From Utricularia gibba (taxonomy: Eukaryota > Plantae > Magnoliophyta): DNA of 64,000 bases. The position numbers and the translations under genes were made by a program. The notes below the pieces were generated by a model. The model saw nothing but the letters and a program-made list of their open reading frames with translations. It ran no database searches and was not told the origin of the DNA. Shown here in pieces: positions 13,629-28,387 of the stretch (within the stretch, counting starts at the first letter, position 1; each line of letters starts with the position of its first letter). The stretch is from the NCBI GenBank assembly GCA_002189035.1, contig NEEC01000004.1, forward strand, positions 620,001-684,000. The letters are read 5' to 3'.

Positions 13629-14613
13629 TGAGGAGGAGGATCTACGACCGGGTGGTGGCCCATTCGACACATCTAGAAACACGTATCCAACCAGGGAGAA
13701 AATAAGCAACTCGCGGCGCCTAACTTTGAATGCATGTGCATGTGCTGGTTTATCAACCGCTAGCAGAAGTTAAAGTTTAAACTCCAACGGGTTAAAACAA
13801 GGTAATAAGACAGTTGCGAGAGGGCGACGACGCAGATGGGAACAAGGTAGAATTATTATTCAAGCAAGGAAGACTTCTTTTTTACAACATGTTCGAGGCG
13901 CAGACAAGTGACAACTATCTCATTTTCCTTTTCAGATTGTCCGCATGTTTGTGGAATGTGTGCGGGACCAGGACCAGCACCATCCCTCTTTTACCACCTT
14001 TGAATTTGTTTTCAGGCACAAAACAAGCTGTCTCTCGAGAATTGAAGCTACTACAAAAAACCCTTTTCCCTGTAAGAATAAGACCATTGAATGCTAATAT
14101 GGTCCGCAATTAATCTTGTTTTGTTTTCTCTAGTTAATGGATGCCATGGGACACCAGGAAATAGAGCATTTTAGCTGGAGCCCAGGTAATGGATTCCCAT
14201 TCCGCCCGCTCGGACCGATGGCTGCTTGACCTGCTGCTGCCTCTCCACTTTTCCTCCTCTCTTTGTCTTTTAAAAAAGTTGACTCCTTTGTTTTGTTCTC
14301 GAACTTTTGATTAACCCATTCATTGATTTCAAGGTTATCGCCATATCAGACTACATAGCATAGTGGCGCATACTGATATGTCAGTATAGCATAGTTCATT
14401 GCCCACTCTGATGTGCTGTTGAGATAAGGAGAAAGGGAGGGGGTTAGAGCGAGCGAGCACCTTTTGTATTGCTTTGGTCCCCTGTGCTCATTATTGAGAC
14501 CTTTGGGTTGAAGGATGGTTGGATGGCCTCAATCAAGCATGGGATCTGACTGATGGGGTTCAATATTATAACCATACAGAATAAAATAATCAATTTCTGT
14601 GGAACTGGAGAAT

Positions 14614-14631
14614 GGGGGGGGGGGGGGGGGG
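14614..14631 (+). repeat. Poly-G run (18 nt)
   Basis: Uninterrupted G18 in intergenic DNA. Confidence 0.9.
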
Positions 14632-14847
14632 TGATTAATAGCACCTCTGATGCCTTTCTTTATTCTTGACGCTACAGGGGGTAGACTCCTGTCCACGATC
14701 AGATTTTGACCTCTCTCCCTCTCCTCTTCTCTGGTTTCGCTGTGGACTGTGAAACCTTGAAAGGGAGAGAGAAGCGAGCTGAGTTAATGCCATGCCCCCC
14801 TAAACTCCATCAACCAACTCTCTCATCCATCATTGCTCCATAATTAA

Positions 14848-17420
<2,573 letters not shown>

Positions 17421-17798
17421 TTTTTGTTACACGCAGTTTGAAACATACAGAGCTGCTAAGGAAGACGAGGGAGATTTAGAATACCATCCAGATCCATCAT
17501 CATCAGTTTGATTGTTATCAAAGATCTGAACTGCAGCCAAATGCTGATTCTTTATTGTTGGTGGATCATTTGAATGGGTCAATTCAATTTTTGGATCAGT
17601 ATACCTAGGAAACTCGAAACTTTGGGATGGGTGGGTGTGTAGGTTCTGTGTGCTCATCAAAACTTGGTGCGGTTGAGGCAATCCATTGGGCTTGCGTGAC
17701 GTCGGACACCGTGGGCGGCATCAATGTCAATCAAAGACCTTGTTTTTATTGATTCCTCCGTCTGCAGATTCCCTAGGTCGCAAATTCTCGAAACGCCC

Positions 17799-18320
17799 AT
17801 GCCGATTTCTTCCGCCGGTGTACCTTCGCCGACGCGGCGATATGACAGCCAGTGCTACCGCAGTCCCCTGTGTTTCATCCTAAAATGCGCAGTAATGTTC
17901 CTGGTCATCTCCCTCTTCCTCTTATTCCTCGGGTTCGCTGCCATCATCGTCACCCATTTTCTCTTCATGTCAACCGCCTTCCACCGCCGATCCAAGAAAC
18001 CAATCCCCGATCTCCATCCCCTCCTCCACGACGTTGTATATCCCGACACCGCAGCCGCCGCCACTGACGCCTCCGATTGCGCGATTTGTTTGGATCCCTT
18101 CAGACAAGGTGACCACTGTATGGATATTCCGGCCTGCAAACACCTGTTTCACGCCTGTTGTTTAGATAGGTGGATGAAGAACAAGCCCAATTGCCCTGTT
18201 TGCCGGAGCCCCGTCGAGATTCACCAGGCTGGAATTTCCGCCCCTTCCTCCATCGATGGTCGTGCTCCATGGAAGAGGATTTTCTCTGTGGATTTGCAGG
18301 GTGCGGAGACTTCTTACTGA
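17799..18320 (+). CDS. ATL-type RING-H2 E3 ubiquitin ligase, single exon
   Basis: Hydrophobic TM segment followed by CAICLDPF...CKHLFHACCLDRW...CPVCR (C3H2C3). The first in-frame ATG is at 17799. Confidence 0.88.
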   Translation: MPISSAGVPSPTRRYDSQCYRSPLCFILKCAVMFLVISLFLLFLGFAAIIVTHFLFMSTAFHRRSKKPIPDLHPLLHDVVYPDTAAAATDASDCAICLDPFRQGDHCMDIPACKHLFHACCLDRWMKNKPNCPVCRSPVEIHQAGISAPSSIDGRAPWKRIFSVDLQGAETSY

Positions 18321-20078
18321 AAAAAGATCATCACCCCCTCCACCCCTTTGTAAAGAGTAGCAGAGACTCATTGTTTCTTTAGTGTAGTTCATCATGTACA
18401 CTGTGCTTATAGTCTGTAGCCCACTAGGCTGCAAGTCTGGTACATTTTTCTAAAAGTCCAATCTTTATCGTCTTTCATCAGCTGGAAGTTTCTGTTCTGA
18501 GTTCATAATTGATTACAATAAACACCCTTATCTTCAAATTGCTGATATTTTGGTTGCTCACCAGTCTTTCCGTCTGATGATGCATCTGTAAAATGAATCT
18601 CAAGTATCAAACAAAGATTCTGCAAGAACTGAATCTCCCAACAGCAGCTGATGTTTCTTGTAAAGTCGTCCGGCTCCATTCCTGCCGAAGTTAATGAAAC
18701 ACAAGCTGCTGATGTATGTGGCAAATGAGACATTCTGAGCCACCCCATGTTTAAAAAGGATCAGTTCCCTGCCGGAGCTGCTATATCCGTGGACTCCCTT
18801 TCGGACTCATAAATCGGGCCTGGTTGCTGGTATCCCCTGTCATAGGCCCAATTTGTTCTACACACGAAAACCCTGAGCTAAGGTTTGAAAGGGAATGTTA
18901 AAAGCAAAACAAGTTGAGTATCGTCGGTCAAAAAAGACAAGTACCCGATTTCCTTTCGCGTCAGAAATCGAGTAGACTGGGGGAAAGTTCCCTTCGAGCC
19001 ACCGTTGGTCAAAAGGAGGAACATGATCGGAAATCAACACAGATTTAATTTTCAAGGCGGTGACCGAGCCTCAGGAAGCTTCCGAGGAGCGTCGTGTCCT
19101 GCCCGGAACAACCACGACAGCGTGTATCTAGAGTCAATCCCGGCCACCCCTTCCCATTCAAAGGATTCGGCGACACCTCAGGACGCAGGATGGTGACGCG
19201 CAGCGCAACGTGCGCTATCCTGAACCGACACGTGGCGGGTGCGTACAATAAAAAACTCCCCTTTTTTGAGGATAATGAAATGAATCGAACGTGGGGGGAT
19301 GGATAACCTCGACCCATAAGATAAAAAATCCCACCGCACCCACTCTGGGAGACGTTTCAGCTTCAAATTAATACGCCTGATTACCGCATAAACCCGTAAT
19401 TAGTTACCACCGTAATCATGGATGGATTTTGGGGCCCACCTTTTCCCCGGTGCGAGTTCCGAGGAGATATTCCCCTTCCCGTTTCTAACCCGACCGCCCC
19501 GACACCCAAATTTGCATCCACCCGGAACAAAACCCGCTGCCCATTTCGTGTGTTGGACCCGAAATAGAAACCCTAAATGAAATTCCAATGCATGCGCAGC
19601 CCTCCCTTTTTTAAATAATATATATTTATCCAATGTTTTATTTCTATTGTTTTTTTTTTGTGTAATTAAAATGGAAATTGTTGTGTGATTTGGATTGGGA
19701 TGGAGTCAAATGTTGGCCGTTAGATTCCGGGCCAAACTCATCAAGCGCCATAACATTCGGGCGGGGGAGAGGAGTCGGTCCATCGTTCTTATCCCTTCCT
19801 GCAAGCAGCCAACTTTTCGTAAGCAGACCACCAAAAATCGACGACGTATCCTCGTTTTTTCAATTTTTAGGCAGCGTAATACGGAACCCGGAGGAGGAAT
19901 ACAGCATCATAACCACGAGTCTTGCTGCTTTTTCGTCTTCAAAAGAATCCGATCCCGGGAGCTTGTCCAGATGATCCCTGTTCCGCCACGGGCGAATAAC
20001 GAGAAAAGCTTGAGTTTTTAGTGCGCAGTGATCCCATTCAGCGAAAGGGTGTTTTTTTTTTGTTGGGAGTGATTTACC

Positions 20079-22703
20079 ATGATGTCCTGTGGTAGGGGGT
20101 CGTGTTTCAATTTGCTTAACATGGATGACTATTCGATCACTGATCGAACCAGGATTCCCAGAGTGGTCTCTGTACCTGGGATTATTTCAGATTTTGAGAA
20201 CCCGGAACCGGTTTCTCCAGTTACCAGGCCCGAGAGGAGAATCATCGTTTCCAACCTGCTTCCGGTGAAGCCTTCGGCCAGTGGACGGAAATGGCGGTTT
20301 GAATGGGATACGGATGCTCTGGTTTTTCAAATGAAAGATGAGTTTCCATCCGACGTCGAGGTTGTGTATGTGGGTTGTTTACGAGTTGAAATCGATCCTT
20401 CGGAGCAAGAAGAGGTCTCCCAGATCTTATTCGAGAATTTCAAATGCGTGCCCACGTTTTTGCCGTCGGATTTGATGAACAAGTACTACCATGGCTTCTG
20501 CAAGCGTTATCTCTGGTCGCTGTTTCATTACATGATGCCTCTGTTGCCCAGCAGTGGGGTCAAATTCGACAATGATGCCTGGAAATCATACGTTTCCGCC
20601 AACAAAGTCTTCGCAGATAGAGTGACAGAGGTTTTGAATCCAGATGAAGACAGTGTCTGGGTCCACGATTATCATCTTATGATTCTGCCCACTTTCTTAA
20701 GAAGAAAGTTTCATAGGGTAAAGCTAGGGTTCTTCCTGCACAGCCCCTTTCCTTCATCGGAGATTTACCGTACTTTACCTGTTCGAGGGAGATTCTGCGC
20801 GCCCTTCTCAATTGTGATCTTCTGGGGTTTCATACGTTCGATTATGCGCGGCATTTCTTGTCTTGTTGCAGGAGAATGCTGGGTTTGGAGCACCAGTCGA
20901 AGAGGGGCTACATTGGATTGGAATATTACGGAAGAACTGTAGCTATTAGGATTCTCCCTGTAGGTATTCACAGACGGCAAATCATATCCGCCATGGAAAT
21001 GTCGGAGACGGTGGACAAAGTTAGGGAATTGAAGGGTAAATACAATGGGAAAATCGTGTTTCTTGGTGTCGATGATCTGGACGTCTTCAAAGGTATCAGT
21101 TTGAAGTTCAGAGCATTTGGGCGATTCTTGGAAGAGAATCCGTCGTTCAGAAAAAATGTGGTTTTGGTTCAGATTATGAACGCGGCGAGGAGTGGGGGTG
21201 AGGATGTTAAAGTATTGCAGGATGAGATCAATGGAGTCGCCAAGGAGATCAATCAGAGGTTTGGGTATGGTGAACACCTACCAATTGTTTGTGTAAATGG
21301 CCCAGTGAGTTTTCCACACAAGGTAGCCTATTACGCCTTATCTGATTGCGTGGTGGTGACTCCCGTACGGGATGGAATGAATCTGGTTCCTTACAAGTAC
21401 ACTGTATGCAGACAAGGAAGTCCTGATCTAGACCAAGCAATTGGGAGTCAAAGTAGCAAGAAAAGCAGTGTCATTATCGTGTCTGAGTTCATTGGATGCT
21501 CTCCATCCCTCTCTGGAGCTATCCGTGTCAACCCTTGGGATGTCGATGGCGTGGCGGAAGCCATGTTTTCAGCCATTGCAATGAATGATTCTGAGAAGGA
21601 ATTGAGACACGAGAAGCATTACAAGTATGTTGCATCCCATGATGTCGCTTACTGGGTTAGGAGCTTTGATCATGATCTTGAGAGGGCATGTGCTGATCAT
21701 TACAAGAAGAGATGTTGGGGAATTGGGTTTGGCCTGAATTTCCGCGTAGTTTCCCTTGGCCCAAATTTCAGAAAGCTTTCAATGGAACGCATCTCTACCG
21801 CGTACAAAAGCACCAGCAGCCGGCTTCTCCTCCTAGACTACGACGGAACCATGATGCCACCAGATCGAGTCGACAAATCTCCAAGCGCTGAAGTTATTTC
21901 AGTCCTAAGAAGCCTGTGCAGTAATCCAGATAACACTGTGTTTATAGTGAGTGGCAGAGGGAAGGATTCATTAGAAAAGTGGTTCTCCCAGTGTGACAGG
22001 CTTGGTCTCTCAGCAGAGCACGGCTACTTCACCAGGTATCTATATATCTTGTATTATGGTATTTTGCTATCATGAGCTTAACATTCATTGTCTCTGGTTA
22101 GATGGATAGAAAGCTCGAAATGGGAACCCTGCGGTTTCGCGCCGGATTTCGACTGGAAGAACATCGCATTACCTGTGATGGAGCATTACACAGAAGCTAC
22201 CGATGGCTCCTTCATCGAGCAGAAGGAAAGTGCACTGGTCTGGCACTACCAAGAAGCCGACCCTGACTTTGGCTCTTGGCAAGCAAAGCAGCTTCTGGAT
22301 CACTTGGAGAATGTACTCGCTAACGACCCTGTAGTCGTTAAAAGCGGCCAGCAAATCATCGAAGTGAAACCACAGGTACATGAACCGTGCGCTGCGCTGA
22401 GAATAATTTTGAATAGCAGAGCAAGTGTTGATTCCATATCCTGCATATCTGCAGTGTGTGAGCAAAGGCATGGTTGTGAAGAACCTGCTGACAAGTACAA
22501 GAAAAGCGGCGGACTTCGTGTTGTGCATAGGCGACGACAGATCCGACGAGGACATGTTCGAGGCGCTAATGGACGGGTATTCCCTGGATTCCGGCAACGT
22601 TTTTGCTTGCACAGTGGGGCAGAAGCCGAGCATGGCCAAGTACTACGTCGATGATACATGTGAAGTGATCAGAATGCTTGAAGGCCTCGCCGCCACCAAA
22701 TGA
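20079..22703 (+). CDS. TPS11: Class II trehalose-6-phosphate synthase/phosphatase (TPS11-like); 3 exons; one apparent -1 frameshift
   Basis: Exons 20079-22035, 22102-22375 and 22455-22703. YYHGFCK, WVHDYHLM, FLHSPFPSSEIYRTLP, VRDGMNLVPYKY, LLDYDGTM and IGDDRSDEDMF. GGG at 20787-20789 needs a fourth base. Confidence 0.93.
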
Positions 22704-22805
22704 AAACTCCCCTGTTTGGGGATGAAGATGGAACGCACATGCCCAGGTTTGCAGACACACACACCATCAATCCTGGGATTCTGTACATAGAAACAGACCA
22801 CAATC

Positions 22806-22852
22806 CACATCATCATCATCAGCAACAGCAGCAGCAGCAGCAGCAGCAGCAT
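22806..22852 (+). repeat. Compound (CAT)n(CAG)n microsatellite downstream of the TPS stop
   Basis: CCACATCATCATCATCAGCAACAGCAGCAGCAGCAGCAGCAGCAGCAT. Confidence 0.85.
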
Positions 22853-23681
22853 GCATGCAAATGAACTCATCTACACATTCTTTGTTGACACTCTCAGGCC
22901 TAACAACATTATGTTAGAAAAGTGATCATCCCCACTCTATCTATTTACATAGTTAAAAGTCAATATTCATAATGATCAATTTTCTTACATCCAAACCCAT
23001 AGATTTGAGTTTCTGACAAGTTAAGTTTCCTTCGGTGTGTACGGATTTGGGCCGAGGCGGGCATTTCCGGAAGAAGATGTAATGGGCCAGCCGATTCACA
23101 GGGAAGTCCGCAATAAGACCCAATAGACTTTTATTTACTCATTTATTAACAAATATTAGTATATTTAGAGCCTTAGATTCCTGAATTTAAAAAAATAAAA
23201 AATGAAAAGTTTTATTTTCTGTGTTTTATGAATGGTGAAGGGTATGAATGGATGTAACGATGGATGGACAGACATCCACAACTGAAACTTAGGATGTCCC
23301 CTCCTCCCCTTTTCATGAAATTATGACACATAATTAAATTGGCATTTTTATATTATAAATATCCCTCCCCAATTAAAAAAAAAAGGAGATAGGTAAGTAA
23401 TAAGTATCTATCCATGAGGTGTGACCGGACAAGTCGTGCGGCCCCCCACGGCTTCCCTACCAGGAACCTTCTGGAACAACCACCCCACACCCATCATTGG
23501 TATCGTTGAACCCAAACCACGGTTAATCCTCCTAACCATGGTTCACCTTGCGTGGGCACAGTAAATTCTGTGGGCTGGACTGGGATATTTATTTACTTTT
23601 TAGAATATGCTATATTTAATAATAATTTATTAAACGAACAAAAAGGGGGTTTAATATTAATGGTAGTTGGTTTCTGGGACC

Positions 23682-23780
23682 CTAATCACGCTTTTGACTA
23701 TTAATATCACACTAATCATGCTTTTGACTATTAATATCACACTAATCATGCTTTTGACTATTAATATCACACTAATCACG
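23682..23780 (+). repeat. 30-bp tandem repeat, 3.3 copies
   Basis: CTAATCA(C/T)GCTTTTGACTATTAATATCACA starting at 23682, 23712 and 23742, with a partial copy at 23772. Confidence 0.95.
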
Positions 23781-24113
23781 ATCATATCTCCATCAAGCTC
23801 ATTCTATGTATGGCCTTTTTTGTTAATCATTGGGGGCGCAATCGCAGCCACGAATTTTTATAGTGGTTAGGGTTTTCTCTGATTATTCAAGAAATATTTA
23901 TTATTTAAATAATATTTATGGAGGGGGCCCCACGCTGGCTGGAGGAGCATGTTCTCGAGACTTGCGATATTTCTTCTACTTTAATAAAATTCGAAAAATA
24001 GATATTTATTGACGGAAAAACGTATTAAGCACCGTCATTATTATTAATAACGGTAGGTTGACTACAATTAATTCCGCCGTCGTCTGCTTTTGCTCCGTGT
24101 TTCCGGCGGGGTG

Positions 24114-25191
24114 CTACTCGGGGTCGCCGCCCCTTTTTGTGAACCTGCCTTTCACTCTCGGACGAGTTTCCGCGTAGGCTTTGCGTGAAGCGTAGCGAAC
24201 GGTTTTCTTGAAATTTCGATTTCTTCGCTTCTCCTGGTACCTCAAGACCCGGGCTACTCTGTCGTTCGGGACAATGTTCGGTTGTTTTCCGCTTGGAATG
24301 TTGCCGGCTGCCGCAATTGGGTGGGAGGTTTCAGACGCTGAGCCGGAGCTGCCGTCGTTGACCACGCCGACGGACGACGACGAAACCTGGAAATTGGATT
24401 AGGAGGAATCAGATATGTAGGGTTGTTTTGGTGGAAATGGATGAGGAACTGATTGGCATTACGCTCTGGCTGAGAGTTGCGGTTGTGAAACTATTGCAGG
24501 CGCTTTGAGAGTAGCAGCTGTAGCTGGGATTGGAGAAGTCCATGTCGAAACTGATTTCCGGCGCGTGGATCCGAGAGGCCGCCGCATCGTCTAGGAGCGT
24601 TGTCGATTCCAGTGGGATAGCGCTGTCTCGGGAATCGTACGGCAATTCGAAGTTATCGAAATCGATGCTCTTATCGGCTTCTGAGAACAAGAAATCAATC
24701 AGTTTCAGATCGAGGTTATCGGTGGCGGGTCCAGGCGTGTCGTCGGCCGGAATCCAGGAATCGAGTTTCTTTTCGAGTGCATCCATGTCGAAAACGTTGT
24801 CTTCATCATCTGCTCCGCCGTCGTCGTTGGCGAAGAGTGCAGCGGAAGCCTCCAGCTTCGCCGCCTCCGCTTCGGCGGAGCCGAAGAACTGAACCATCGG
24901 GTACCGGTCATGTTTGCGAGCAAGAGGATTCGCAGAGTGTATATCCCGGTCACACACGGCGCAGAGCGCCGCGGCGTCCGCCTTGCAGGTAACTGTAGCC
25001 GGCTCCTGTTCACACACCTCACATATCCAAACGCGTCCGTGTCGCGGACCCGTGTCGGCGAAATGCACCCTAACATCGCACGGCAAGCACATGAAACCGG
25101 AGTGGTTGCAGCAGTAGACGACGGCGTCAGCGGCCCGACAGTAGTCACACTGCCTGGCCGTGGACTCCCCGCCGTGTGAGTTGCTATCCAT
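24114..25191 (-). CDS. COL5: CONSTANS-LIKE B-box/CCT protein (COL3/4/5 clade); 2 exons
   Basis: Exons 25191-24463 and 24386-24114. Two B-boxes (the second is [38 protein letters not shown]), the VSSSSVGVV motif and CCT ARVLRY...[18 protein letters not shown]. Confidence 0.88.
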
Positions 25192-26676
25192 TCCCCTCCC
25201 TCCGTCCTGCGGCGGTTGATGACGCGGCGAGAGTAGCGACCAGCGAGTGGCGTGGAGTGGCAGTGTATCTCTCCCTCTATTCTCTGTAAGTAATATCCAT
25301 ATACCCCAGTGGGCAAGAAAATCTTTTTCCTGATAACTACGGCCTGACACGTGTCCATTTTCCAGCCACAAGCTCCCCCCTGCGACTTTTTCCCTCCGCT
25401 CCCAACACGCGCGTTGCATTGCAGTGAAGCTCCCTGCGATGAGCCAAAAAGAAAATGGTATTATTAGTGGGGGTGGGTGAATGCGCCGATGACAGACACT
25501 TCCAGCGGGGGGTCACGGGAAGCCCAGCCTCTGCCGCTGCATTTGCTGCACTGATAGCTACCTTTCGTCATAGCTCAAAACACACTTGTTCCTGCTGCTG
25601 CTGCTGATGTGGGATTTCATTGATTAGTTCTCAGACAGACTCCAAGGTAACCACAGCCCCAACACATGCAGGCAAGCTTTTCGATGGTGCACTTGTGGGT
25701 GTTTGTGCAATCATGTTAATCTTTTTTGCAATGCAGGAAAAGAAAGGCAAGTTAGCAAGCAGGGCAGAGGCACTGCGCATGGGTGATTAACTTGATTAAA
25801 GGGAACCAGGGCTGGCTGCCCTTGCCCTTGTGGTGGAAGACGAGTCACGTGAGTGCGTGACAGCCTCGATAACCACTGCTTTCTTTTCAGTCCAATTCCA
25901 CATCTAAGAAACAGGTTAGCTTGAGTGAGTGTGTTATCCACCCTTTCTGTAAAAAGAGAACAGCATCCATCTCGGCCTGTGTGGGCCGGACCGGACCGTA
26001 CCGGACCACCCATATCAGCTTTATTTTGCCTTATCCCTAACGACGCCTAACTTGGGGAGTCTTGTTTCTTTCTCTTCTCTTTGAAGTCATGCATTGACGC
26101 TTAAAAGAAAAAGGTTTTTTTAGTGGGGTTGAGTTTTCGATATCGGTTCATGGAACCTAATCCGTAGGGTAGGTAGGTATCCTTTTTGAGTGGCAACCAT
26201 TTCAACCACAAAAGCTTCCCCTTTTTTCCTTTTTGTTTGTTTGTTTTAGTCTAAACCTGTCGGTATGACCCGACCCGTAAAAAAGTCGAATATGGTTGCA
26301 AAAAACATACAGTTTGGTAGTTATTCCTCGCTAACCACATGTCATCATCCATATTGTCTAACTAAAGCACTGGTTCCAACGTTTGAACTTGTCTGTTTTT
26401 TGTGAGGTGATTTTGAGTATATAGATGTGTGTGTGTAGAGATCCAAGCAGGGTCCAAGATTAACTGAAGCAACGAAAGCAATGAAAGGGTATGGAGAATG
26501 AGTAGGAGGAATTCACAGCCTGCCAAAACCACAAGTGAATAGATCCAAAATGATGTTCAAAGCTTGTCGAAATCCAAGATGAAAAAGGGGTCATGGTCAC
26601 ATCCAGACGCTAGTCCAGCTTTAAAAAATCCAGGCAAGTATACCAGTAACAGTCTGCCACTGCAACGTTGTTTTTA

Positions 26677-28387
26677 TCAGGCGCCACCAGATTTGAGCGT
26701 GTTACTCAACCTGTTAGGAGGATGTCAAGACAGAAGCTTTTAGCGCCAACGATGTGGGAAAACACCTTCCTACTTTAAGAAAATGGATGAGGAGATACCA
26801 GTCTAATCCCTCGAAGAGGCCTTCCCCCTTTATGGCTGAGGTTTTGAAAATCGACCATTGCCGGTTCTTGATTTTGTGCAACTCTAGCGACTCGGTTATT
26901 GCAGCATCATCAAGTGCTCCAGGAAGGTCCTGTAGACGAGGAACCACAGAAGAAAGGAATTCATTCACGTCCATTCTAGCTGTGTATCTAAAACTTGGAG
27001 CCATCTTGAATAAAAAAGATGCAATCCGACTGTTAACGATGGTCGCATAGAGGGAGAAGAGAAACCTGTTTGTTTGCAAATACCAGGACAACAGCACCCT
27101 TAAGCTCATCTTCCTGACAAAGAGGTAGATTGTCAGTGATCCATGACTTCATATATTTTGTAGGGGCTAACACTATTCAACATGAGTAGAAGAGAGCACC
27201 TCTAGTATTGCATGAAATTCATCTTTTGCAACTGCGAGTCTATCAGTATCACTCGAATCAACAACATAAATTATGGCTTGAGTATTGGGAAAGTAGCACC
27301 TCCAATACGGCCTATCCACAGAATGGACTCATCCAGTAAGCGCCATATGCCCCAAGCAGAAACTTTGATGAAAGCAAGAATAAAAAGCTCGATACCCAAA
27401 ACCAATGAAGAAAGGAACAGCCGAATGAAATTCAAAACAAATACCTGATACTAGTCTGCCCACCTGCACGCATGAAATATGAGTATTAGACGAGCACTTC
27501 TGAATACATCCTTACGATAATGTTCGAGAGACAAGTTTACACAAATCAAATCAAATCAATGGGGAACAGCCCCAACACCAATGACGACATGGAAGCTGGC
27601 CCAAATTCAAACATAGTAGAACAAGGAAAAATAATTCAATGCGAACAGGTCCTTTCAAATGGCTTTCCATATCCAATTATAAATCCATGAAGGCTTCTCC
27701 TTTTGTGTCCCATTCTGATTGAAATGCATAAAGAACGGAGCTTTTATGCCAGAGAACACAAGATGAATGATGCACAAACCATACACTGGTTTTTCCATAA
27801 AGAGTATGAATCCAGGAAAAAGTCCATTCTTTTTTTTAATAGAAAATATTTATACCACAAGCAGCATAAGTACATCTTTACATGATCCACAATTACCTAG
27901 ATCCCAGACTTGAAACTTGATGTTGTTATACTGCACTGTTTCAACATTAAACCCAATCGCTGCAGACACAAGAAAAGATGTGATTTTTAATCAGTAAATT
28001 GATGAAACCGCTGATCATCCTCATCTAGCATGTACAACAGAAAGTGAAACCAACTTGATTGGGCAGGATACCAATGAATAAGAAGTGGCGATCAATAACA
28101 TGAGATACGCATGTTTTCACTTTAACACAAAATGTATAGAAAGAATCAGTATGCGGGATAACGAAATACATACTCGGAATAGTGGAGACTACCTCACCCA
28201 TCTGAAGTCGATCTGCAGAAACACGACATAATTTACAAAAGTAATGACCAGGATAACTGCAAATGTAAAATAATTTCTTAATACATAGAATAGTTGTTTT
28301 CCCGGCATTGTCTAGCCCCAGTACGAGAATTCGAGCCTCCTTGTTCCCAAACAGGGATGTGAAGAGCCTTGTGAAAGTTATCCCCAT
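26677..28387 (-). CDS. ARL1: ADP-ribosylation factor-like GTPase 1; about 8 exons including a 19-nt exon
   Basis: MG myristoylation start, [27 protein letters not shown] (exon 27463-27445), [14 protein letters not shown] and [26 protein letters not shown]. Confidence 0.95.

Noticed and set aside
18560-18640. TGATGA...CTGA pair resembling a C/D-box snoRNA
   Set aside because: No terminal stem and no recognisable rRNA-complementary guide.
23667-23870. ORF with repeated LLTINITLI units
   Set aside because: A by-product of the 30-bp tandem repeat; starts at a non-ATG codon.
25755-25785. Reverse-complement resemblance to miR408
   Set aside because: About five mismatches and no fold-back partner; not a miRNA precursor.
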